A stretch of DNA of 56,343 nt from Methylovirgula sp. (lineage in GTDB: Bacteria; Pseudomonadota; Alphaproteobacteria; Rhizobiales; Beijerinckiaceae), in assembly GCA_043784625.1 (NCBI GenBank), contig JAYVYB010000144.1:1-56343 (forward strand), read 5' to 3'. The notes under the pieces were generated by a model, which saw nothing but the letters and a program-made list of their open reading frames with translations, was not told the origin of the DNA and did no database searches. The position numbers were made by a program, and so were the translations under genes. Shown one piece after another: positions 8,773-16,556 of this stretch (its first letter is position 1; each line of letters begins with the position of its first letter).

Positions 8773-9956
8773 CATCGGTCCTTGCGCCAAACCTCTCCGT
8801 GGACATCGTCGCGCGGGCCAGGCGGGTGGGAGCAATAGCCGCGACCTTTGCTGCCGACGTTGACCTGCACGCCCGCTTTCCCGCCGAAACGGTTGCGGCG
8901 CTCAAAAGCGAACGTCTACTGAGCATTATGATCCCGAAAGAGCTTGGCGGTGAGGGCGCTTCGGCGGCACAAATTTGCGAGGTTTGCGCTATTCTGGGAC
9001 AAAATTGCGCCTCAAGCGCCATGATTTTCGCCATGCACCAGATCAAATTGTCGAGTCTGGTCTCGCATGGCATGGACGCGGACTGGCATCGCGGCTTCAT
9101 GCAGCAGATTTCGAAAGACCAGCTTTTGCTGGCCTCCGCCACCACAGAGGGTGGCATTGGCGGCGATTTGCGCAATTCAATCTGTGCGGTGGTCACCAAC
9201 GGCGATGATTTTACGCTCTCCAAGGATGCGACGGTCATTTCCTATGGTTCGGTTGCCGATGCCATTTTGGTGACCGCCCGCGCCAATCCTGACGCCCCCT
9301 CCTCGGACCAGGTCATGGTTGTGGCGCTCAAGGGGCAGTACACTCTGGAACAAACTTCCGTTTGGAACACGTTGGGCATGCGCGGCACCTGTTCGGAGGG
9401 GTTTAAATTTAACTGCACAGCCCCGGTTGCACAAATTTTGCCGAAGCCGTTTGCAGAGATAGCGGCGCAATCAATGCTCTCGGCTTCCCATCTGTTTTGG
9501 GGCGCGCTTTGGTATGGCATCGCCTCTGAAGCGTTCAACCGCGCCCAGGCTTTTGTCAAAGCAGCCGCGCGCCGCGCCCCAAGCGTCACGCCTCCGGGGG
9601 CTTTGCGCCTGTCGGAGGCGGCAGTCACGCTGCAAACTATGCGCGCAACTTTGAAGGAAGGCGTGCTGCGGTATGAAACGGCCCGCAAGCGCCCGGATGA
9701 TATGTCTTCCATTGCCTTTGCCACCGCGATTAACAACGTGAAGGTGGCTATGTCGCAATCCATGCTGGAGGTGATCGACCAATCCCTGCTGATTTGCGGC
9801 ATCATGGGTTATAAAAACGACACGCCTTTCAGCCTTGGACGCCATTTGCGCGATGCGCATTCGGCAAGGTTGATGATTTCCAACGATCGCATTTTGCTCA
9901 ATACGTCCAATTTGCTGCTGATGGCGCGGGCGGACTCCAGCATTTTAGGACTTTAA
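8769..9956 (+). CDS. acyl-CoA dehydrogenase-fold flavoprotein (dehydrogenase or ACAD-fold oxygenase)
   Basis: 395 aa with the ACAD three-domain layout: helical N-terminus ERLLSIMIPKELGGEGAS, a middle beta domain, and C-terminal helices ..GIMGYKNDTPFSLGRHLRDAHSARL.. It is translationally coupled to the ACP gene. Confidence 0.7.
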   Translation: MTSVLAPNLSVDIVARARRVGAIAATFAADVDLHARFPAETVAALKSERLLSIMIPKELGGEGASAAQICEVCAILGQNCASSAMIFAMHQIKLSSLVSHGMDADWHRGFMQQISKDQLLLASATTEGGIGGDLRNSICAVVTNGDDFTLSKDATVISYGSVADAILVTARANPDAPSSDQVMVVALKGQYTLEQTSVWNTLGMRGTCSEGFKFNCTAPVAQILPKPFAEIAAQSMLSASHLFWGALWYGIASEAFNRAQAFVKAAARRAPSVTPPGALRLSEAAVTLQTMRATLKEGVLRYETARKRPDDMSSIAFATAINNVKVAMSQSMLEVIDQSLLICGIMGYKNDTPFSLGRHLRDAHSARLMISNDRILLNTSNLLLMARADSSILGL

Positions 9957-10895
9957 ATGGCAAACCACATTGCAACCCCGCAAGCTGACTCCGCCCAATT
10001 GGAGTTTTTGAATGCCCTGTTTGACAAAGGCGTCTTGGTGGATACCGGCGTTGACGGTCTTTATGGCCGCTCTGGAGAATTTGAAGACGTGGTCACCCGT
10101 TTTGATGCGCTGGTCACACGTTATGGGGCTGCCGACAAAGCGGAGGCGATGCGTTTTCCGCCGGCCATGAGCCGCAAAACCTTCGAAACGTCGGGCTATC
10201 TAAAGAGTTTTCCGCAGCTTGCAGGCACCGTTCACTCTTTCTGCGGCAATGATCATGACCACACCACTTTGCTGGAGCGGGTCGCCACAGGTGAGGATTG
10301 GACCAAAGATCAACAGGCCACCGACGTGGTTTTGACGCCCGCTGCCTGCTACCCGCTTTATCCTGTCATCGCCAAACGGGGCCCTCTGCCCGTTGAAGGT
10401 CGTTTATTTGATTTGCAGAGCTATTGTTTCCGCCACGAACCTTCGCAAGACCCGGCACGTATGCAGCTGTTTCGTATGCGCGAATATGTCCGCGCCGGAA
10501 CGCCGGAGCAGGTGCTGGCATTTCGCGAAAGCTGGCTCGAGCGCGGACAAAAACTGATGGGGTCGCTTGGTGTTCCGTTGGAAATTGACATCGCCAACGA
10601 TCCGTTTTTTGGCCGCGCCGGGCGCATGATGAAGGCTGGACAGCGCGAACAGGGCTTAAAATTCGAACTGCTTATCCCGATTACCAGCACAGAAAAGCCG
10701 ACCGCCTGTCTGAGCTTTAACTACCATCAAGATCATTTTGGTCAGACTTGGGGCATTCAGACCGCCGATGGCGCTGTCGCACACACCGCCTGTGTCGGCT
10801 TTGGGCTTGAACGCGTAACATTGGCATTATTCAAGCATCATGGTCTCGATTTAGCCAAGTGGCCCAAGGCTGTAACCAAAGAACTCTGGGGTTAG
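9957..10895 (+). CDS. amino acid--[acyl-carrier-protein] ligase (SerRS-like class II aaRS catalytic core without tRNA-binding domain)
   Basis: 312 aa. Class II motif 2 is YCFRHEPS (aa 156-163) and motif 3 is [12 protein letters not shown] (aa 281-292). Cys131 (AACYP), Glu176 (MREY) and Cys279 (TACVG) sit where methanogen-type SerRS and aa:CP ligases hold their Zn. There is no coiled-coil or anticodon domain. The gene follows ACP and ACAD genes, as in the published Agrobacterium/Bradyrhizobium loci. Confidence 0.8.
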   Translation: MANHIATPQADSAQLEFLNALFDKGVLVDTGVDGLYGRSGEFEDVVTRFDALVTRYGAADKAEAMRFPPAMSRKTFETSGYLKSFPQLAGTVHSFCGNDHDHTTLLERVATGEDWTKDQQATDVVLTPAACYPLYPVIAKRGPLPVEGRLFDLQSYCFRHEPSQDPARMQLFRMREYVRAGTPEQVLAFRESWLERGQKLMGSLGVPLEIDIANDPFFGRAGRMMKAGQREQGLKFELLIPITSTEKPTACLSFNYHQDHFGQTWGIQTADGAVAHTACVGFGLERVTLALFKHHGLDLAKWPKAVTKELWG

Positions 10896-10901
10896 CGCTC
10901 C

Positions 10902-11891
10902 ATGGCTTTGGCCTGTTTTCCCGATACGCATTTGCACGGATACCAACGCCACGCGCTGCATGACAGCGAGCGCGCCTGGCCGGAAACCAACTGCTATGTT
11001 GATGTCTGGATTGAGGTTCTCTCGCAACTCAAGCTGCCGCCGCAAGCGGCGCTCGCCTTTACCGTGGCTCAGGATTTTGAAGGCGATCAGCTCACATTTT
11101 TCAAATATCCACTTGAAGACCTTGAAGCCGCCTATGGCATCAAGGTGCAGGAACTGGCGATTTTTGATGATGTGGCCGAGCATATCGCCGTGCAACTCGG
11201 GCGAAAACGCCTCTGCCTCGTGGAAATGGACAGTTTTTATATGCCGGACACCCACGGGGTGGCCTATGGTCTTGAGCATGGAAAGACCACTGTAGCGATT
11301 AACCGCCTCGATATTGGCGCTAAAACCATGGAATATTTCCACAACGGCGGCTATTTCAGGCTTGAGGGCGCAGATTTTGACGGCGTATTTCAGAAACATG
11401 CCAAAGACGCACTGTTTTTGCCCTACACCGAATTTGCCAAATTTGATGATCTGCAAAAACTTGATGACCTGCAAGACGCAAAAGACCTGCATCAGCGCAG
11501 TTTAAAGCTTTTGGCGCATCACCTTGCCCGCCGTCCCAAACACAATCCGGTTGCGGCATTTGCCGGAGTTTTCGCCGGTCAGGCCAGCGCATTGATATCC
11601 AAGCCCGAGGGATTTTTCCATAAATATGCCTTCAACACCTTACGGCAGATGGGCGCAAACTTCGCGCTGCTGGCTGACTATCTGCGATGGCTCGTGGCAA
11701 ACGGCGAAACTGAGCTTTCAAGCGCGATAGAGGGTGCCGATCGTATTTCCGATACTGCCAAAGTTGTACAGTTTCAGTTGGCGCGCGCTGTTGCCCGCCA
11801 GAAGTTTGATACGCTTGGCACGACGCTCGAACCCGCCGTTGAAGCTTGGGAGACGACGATGAGCCATCTCGCCTCCCGCTATGGCCACTGA
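10902..11891 (+). CDS. hypothetical protein, DUF1839-like (family name from memory, unverified); possible papain-fold acyltransferase
   Basis: 329-aa soluble ORF packed between the ligase and the GH2 gene. It has a Cys31 motif (WPETNCYVDVWIEVL) followed by His126 (GLEHGKTTVAI). The coding call is supported by operon packing; the function is not established. Confidence 0.6.
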   Translation: MALACFPDTHLHGYQRHALHDSERAWPETNCYVDVWIEVLSQLKLPPQAALAFTVAQDFEGDQLTFFKYPLEDLEAAYGIKVQELAIFDDVAEHIAVQLGRKRLCLVEMDSFYMPDTHGVAYGLEHGKTTVAINRLDIGAKTMEYFHNGGYFRLEGADFDGVFQKHAKDALFLPYTEFAKFDDLQKLDDLQDAKDLHQRSLKLLAHHLARRPKHNPVAAFAGVFAGQASALISKPEGFFHKYAFNTLRQMGANFALLADYLRWLVANGETELSSAIEGADRISDTAKVVQFQLARAVARQKFDTLGTTLEPAVEAWETTMSHLASRYGH

Positions 11892-14307
11892 TATGCGCGC
11901 GTTTTCGCGCACTGAAGGCGAGGAATTCGAAATTCTGAATTCCGGTTGGCGCATGGCCGCCGGGCACTATGCGACGCCATTTGACCTTGAAAACGCCGAT
12001 TGGCTCAGTGCTATTGTACCCGGAACCGTCGCTGGCGCGCTTGCAAACAACGGCAAATTTGACCCGCAAAACCCTCATCCCTTGCAAAATCAGGATTTTT
12101 GGTATCAGAGCATCATCAGCGGCGCTGGCACTTATGAGCTGCACTTTGACGGATTGGCCACCCTGGCAGATGTGTATCTCGACGAGACATTGGTATTGTC
12201 ATCGTCGAACATGTTCCACAAAAATGTGGTGAGCGTCACCCTGCAAGGCGACCACCGGCTTTCGATTCATTTTCGCGCACTAACCTCCGCGCTTGCGGCG
12301 TCAAAACCCCGCGCCCGCTGGCGGACACAGATGATGCCTGAGCAGGGGCTGCGCCATGTCCGCACCGCTTTGCTCGGGCACATGCCCGGATGGTGCCCCA
12401 ACATCGAGGCTATTGGCCCGTGGCGTCCGATTTCGTTGGTAAAAACGCATGCTTTAAACCCGCGCAATTTGCGCATTCAGGCCGAGCTTCACGGCGACAA
12501 TGGCAAACTTTCTGTCGGCATTGACCTTGAGAGCGGAAAACGCGTGGAGCTGCACTGCGGCGAACATTCGACCCAGATGCACGACAATGGCGGCACATAC
12601 GTTGGCGTTCTTAACATCGAAAATGTGCGAAAATGGTGGCCGCATACGCATGGCGAGCCTGCGCTTTATCCGCTTTCTCTCAAAATCGATGGTCAAAAAA
12701 TCGATCTCGGTAACACCGGATTCCGGCAAATAGTGATTAATCGCGGTGCTGATGGCAAGGACTTCGCGCTTTTTTGCAATGGCAAGCCCATTTTCTGCCG
12801 TGGCGCGGTCTGGACCAATGCAGACATTCTCAACCTTTCCGGCACACGCGAAACCTACGCGCCGTTTTTGCAGCTCGCCCGCGACGCAAGTTTCAACATG
12901 CTGCGCATGAGCGGCACTGGCGCTTACGAAACCCGCGCCTTTTACGACCTTTGCGCCGAACTTGGCATCCTGATTTGGCAGGACTTCATGTTTGCCAACT
13001 TTGACTACCCCACATCAAACCAAGACTTTTCCGCATCCTGCTCCAAGGAAGCGGCAGATTTTCTTGAAACAACGCAAGGCAATCCGGCATTGGCGGTGCT
13101 GTGCGGCGGCAGCGAAATGTACCAGCAAGCCGCCATGATGGGCCTGCCTGCGGCAAGCTGGCCTCAAGACCTCTCAGAAACGATTTTAGAGGGCGCTGGC
13201 TTCGAAGTCCGCCCTGATATGCCATATGTGGTCAATTCGCCTAGTGGAGGCCCCCTGCCCTTCGCAGCGAACGAAGGCGTCACCCATTATTACGGCGTTG
13301 GCGCCTACAAGCGCCCGCTGGACGATGCCCGCCGCGCCAATGTCCACTTCGCCACAGAATGTCTGGCATTTTCGCAGGTTCCGGATGGCAACCTCGACCC
13401 TGCGGATGCGCACTGGAAACACACCGTCCCCAAAGACCGGGGCGCAGATTGGGATTTTGAAGACACCCGGGAATTTTATCTGGAAACCCTGTTCAAAACC
13501 AACGCCGCAGAGCTTCGCGCCGCCACGCCTCAACTTTGGCTGGAAGCCTCCCGCGCTGTCACCGGTCATGTCATGGAAACCACATTCGCCGAGTGGCGGC
13601 GCGTGGGATCAAGCTGCAACGGCGCGTTGGTATGGACGTTTCAGGATATGCAGGCCGGGTTGGGATGGGGCATCGTCACGGCAAAATCACAGCCGAAACC
13701 TGCCTGGTTCGCCCTCAAGCGCGCCTGCAAACCGCAACAGGTTTTGCTCACCGACGAGGGCTGCAATGGCCTGTCCATTCACCTGATCAACGAAAGCGCC
13801 GCCCCGCTTGCAGCCAGACTGGAATTTAGCTGCCTGCAACACAACGGCCTCGCCATTATCCACGAAGAAAAATATGTCACGCTGCCGCCGCGATCGGCGC
13901 AGGAGATAGCTTCATCGAGCATGATCGGGGCTTTTTTCGATACAACCTATGCGTATCGGTTTGGCCCGCAGGCGCACTATGGCTCTGTTGCCAAGCTGTA
14001 TGACACAGTGGCAGGAACTCTCATTGCCGAAGCGTTTCACTTCCCAGAAATGCGGGCGCTTGACCGGCATGAAATTGCTTTTACCGCGCGCCTCGAGGTC
14101 AGCCCGGCCGGAACAGATCTCATTTTGGAAACGCCGGAATTTCTACACTTTGTTCATATTCATGACGTAGAGTTGAGGCCAAGCGATAACTGGTTTCATC
14201 TTGAACCGGGCCGCGCAAAACGCGTGAAACTGGCCGGTTTCAAACCTGATTCAAAAATTGAGGTTTCGGCGCTTAATGCCACCAATCAGGTCGCAATTAT
14301 TCAGTAA
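11881..14307 (+). CDS. glycoside hydrolase family 2-like protein (beta-mannosidase / exo-glucosaminidase type)
   Basis: 808 aa. WQDFMFANFDYP, CGGSEMYQ and FATECLAFSQVP resemble the GH2 TIM-barrel strands that carry the acid/base and nucleophile Glu. No signal peptide. The ATG overlaps the preceding gene by 11 nt (alternative ATG at 11893). Confidence 0.7.
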   Translation: MATDMRAFSRTEGEEFEILNSGWRMAAGHYATPFDLENADWLSAIVPGTVAGALANNGKFDPQNPHPLQNQDFWYQSIISGAGTYELHFDGLATLADVYLDETLVLSSSNMFHKNVVSVTLQGDHRLSIHFRALTSALAASKPRARWRTQMMPEQGLRHVRTALLGHMPGWCPNIEAIGPWRPISLVKTHALNPRNLRIQAELHGDNGKLSVGIDLESGKRVELHCGEHSTQMHDNGGTYVGVLNIENVRKWWPHTHGEPALYPLSLKIDGQKIDLGNTGFRQIVINRGADGKDFALFCNGKPIFCRGAVWTNADILNLSGTRETYAPFLQLARDASFNMLRMSGTGAYETRAFYDLCAELGILIWQDFMFANFDYPTSNQDFSASCSKEAADFLETTQGNPALAVLCGGSEMYQQAAMMGLPAASWPQDLSETILEGAGFEVRPDMPYVVNSPSGGPLPFAANEGVTHYYGVGAYKRPLDDARRANVHFATECLAFSQVPDGNLDPADAHWKHTVPKDRGADWDFEDTREFYLETLFKTNAAELRAATPQLWLEASRAVTGHVMETTFAEWRRVGSSCNGALVWTFQDMQAGLGWGIVTAKSQPKPAWFALKRACKPQQVLLTDEGCNGLSIHLINESAAPLAARLEFSCLQHNGLAIIHEEKYVTLPPRSAQEIASSSMIGAFFDTTYAYRFGPQAHYGSVAKLYDTVAGTLIAEAFHFPEMRALDRHEIAFTARLEVSPAGTDLILETPEFLHFVHIHDVELRPSDNWFHLEPGRAKRVKLAGFKPDSKIEVSALNATNQVAIIQ

Positions 14308-14347
14308 AAACTCATTTTTTCATTTCACGTTTTCAATAATTTGAGCC

Positions 14348-16144
14348 CTATTTAGGATTCAAAGTCTCAACACGTTGAATCACTTTCGCAATCTCTTCAA
14401 AAATAGCGATTTGTGCATGCCCAGCGGTCATGTTGTGATCTGCATCATCAACAGTGCGTAATGTGACATTGGGAAACCGCGTCAACCACACGCCGCCGCC
14501 GCCACAGTATTTTGCCAGCTCGTCCAAGCCGCCATCCCCTTGCGCGTAAACCAAACCCACCTGAACGCGGCGCTGCTCAAACCCGAAAAACCGGGCGCGA
14601 ACCTGACCTCTCAACCGCCCGAGCAGCGTCAAATCTCCGGTTAATCCAACCAGTTTGGAGTTCAGTTTTGCGCCCATTTTGGCGGCCACTTTTCGCGCCA
14701 GTGACACAACCGGGAGCTGAAATGTGACCAGCCTTACCAAGGTGTCCCGGGACAATGCCCGCGCGCCGTAGGAGCCCAGAGAGCCTGAACCACCGGCCAT
14801 TGCCTGTTCCAAAGTTTCATCCGGGTTCCAGATCAGACGCAAGGCATTGATCGAAACCAAGCCGGAAATACGCGGGTCAGACTCCGCCGCAAGACCGGCA
14901 ATATAGGCGCCGGAACACCGCCCCGCGACAATGACAGGCCCCGCTTGGCGCGCACAAACCATATCGATAGCATGGCCTACATCGTCAATTTGCACCTGTG
15001 AATACAGCACATCCGGCGGGCTGTCGGGCGCGGTGTCACTGTCGCCAAGGCTGGCACAATCCATGCGCAAAGTGGCAATGCCAATGGAGGCAAGCCGCCG
15101 CGCCAGAGCAACATGTCCGCGCGCCCAACCCACATGCGGATTGTAGCCCGAATTGGGAATGATCACTGTCGCGCGGCGCGCACCGTGCGGCAAACATAGC
15201 ACGCCATAGAGCCGGCCATTCGGCCCAAAGCATAAGGCCTCTTCGGAAAATCCGTCTCGATCTTGCCGCAAAACTGCGTCGCCAATAGGTAAATCGCGAC
15301 CCTCCTGTTCACCACGGTCAGGGAATTTTTGCTCAAGCCAAGCGGAAATTTTCGCAAAATCGTCAACGGGCGCGCGCGGAGTCTCCAGATGCGCCACAAA
15401 AGCATCATAGCCTTCAAAATTCTGTACGGTCACAGCCACCCCGTGCGCAACGAGGCTTGCAGCAAAATCCGCGTCGGAGGGGCGATGTTCGCGGGCCAGA
15501 ACAAGTGCGGAGGCAACAGTTTCCAGCCCGCTACTTTCGGGCTTCAGACTCTTAAGCTGCTCAACCAGCGGCTTGGACAGACGAAATCCGCCGATGTTAA
15601 GCGCGTCATTGGCATCAAGCTCAACCGGAATGCGCAACGCCGAAGCAACCATTGCCCCCCATAGTTCCAGCTCCCGCACCCCGGAGCGCCCGCCCGGCAT
15701 GGGGGCAAGCGCAATCAGCGCCCCAGCGCTAATTTTATCAACCATTTCAACGCCAAGGAGAGCGCCAAGCCCCTGACCCAACACCACAAGATGCTCAATT
15801 ACAGTGCTTTCACGCAAAAACTGTGCGGCCTTTTCAACGGCGGACAGCCAGTCATTGACGTCGATAATGTCGCTGTTGTGGCCAAGACTGTCACCGGTTC
15901 CCGGCAAATCAAACCGCAAACAGGCGAAACCTGCCGCAGCCAGCGTTTCGGCCAACCGCCGCCACCCCTGCCGGATGGTGAATTCCTCAAAGCCCCACGG
16001 CGAAATCATCAAAACGCCGACATTGCCGCGCGCGGGGTGCAGAAATCCGGCACAACCGTCAAAAGCGACAGGGATACCGCCTTTGCGGTCAAAAAGCCCG
16101 GATTTTGCGGCAAGCGCAGACGCATCTGTTTGAAGTAGGGTCAT
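14348..16144 (-). CDS. fused tandem alpha/beta-hydrolase-fold protein (two modules)
   Basis: 598 aa. Two homologous halves: aa ~30-290 (GVLMISPWGFEE...LRFDLPGTGDSLG...VLGQGLGA) and aa ~300-598 (ATVIIPNSGYNP...LRMDCASLGDSD...VAGRCSGAY...DDADHNM). Convergent with the GH2 gene. Confidence 0.65.
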   Translation of the reverse strand: MTLLQTDASALAAKSGLFDRKGGIPVAFDGCAGFLHPARGNVGVLMISPWGFEEFTIRQGWRRLAETLAAAGFACLRFDLPGTGDSLGHNSDIIDVNDWLSAVEKAAQFLRESTVIEHLVVLGQGLGALLGVEMVDKISAGALIALAPMPGGRSGVRELELWGAMVASALRIPVELDANDALNIGGFRLSKPLVEQLKSLKPESSGLETVASALVLAREHRPSDADFAASLVAHGVAVTVQNFEGYDAFVAHLETPRAPVDDFAKISAWLEQKFPDRGEQEGRDLPIGDAVLRQDRDGFSEEALCFGPNGRLYGVLCLPHGARRATVIIPNSGYNPHVGWARGHVALARRLASIGIATLRMDCASLGDSDTAPDSPPDVLYSQVQIDDVGHAIDMVCARQAGPVIVAGRCSGAYIAGLAAESDPRISGLVSINALRLIWNPDETLEQAMAGGSGSLGSYGARALSRDTLVRLVTFQLPVVSLARKVAAKMGAKLNSKLVGLTGDLTLLGRLRGQVRARFFGFEQRRVQVGLVYAQGDGGLDELAKYCGGGGVWLTRFPNVTLRTVDDADHNMTAGHAQIAIFEEIAKVIQRVETLNPK

Positions 16145-16410
16145 TTTGGCGGATTAAACCTCTGAATTTCAGCATAGGCTCGCATAAAAGCACAGCATTT
16201 ACCGCTCAATTTGCCCAACATGCTTAAAGCACTGTGACAAAAAGGGCCGCCATCATGAGCCCAACTGGCCAGAGCAACACACCGCTTTTGGCTGATCCCC
16301 GACCCGACTTAAACGCCGCGATTTGCCTCCTCAGCTTGCAGAAATACAAGTTGGTAATGTTCGAGAGTGAAATATTTTGGCCGGTTAGTATCTCTATACA
16401 GCAAAAATCC

Positions 16411-16556
16411 GGCCATATTTGGCCTGAAATTTAGGCAAAATTTATAAATATGTTTGTTTTCAACACTTTAGCTTGGCCGACTTTTGGCCACTTAACGGCG
16501 CAGTTCGGCCAAAAACCGGCCAAACATGGCCAAGGCAAACCAGCGCGAAACTGGCC
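16411..16556. repeat. helically phased array of GGCC(A) motifs in the rbsK-hydrolase intergenic region
   Basis: GGCC begins at 16411, 16421, 16475, 16486, 16507, 16518, 16528 and 16553. The spacings are 10, 54, 11, 21, 11, 10 and 25 nt. The usual context is YYGGCCA. An AT-rich block at 16430-16470 splits the array. Confidence 0.6.
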
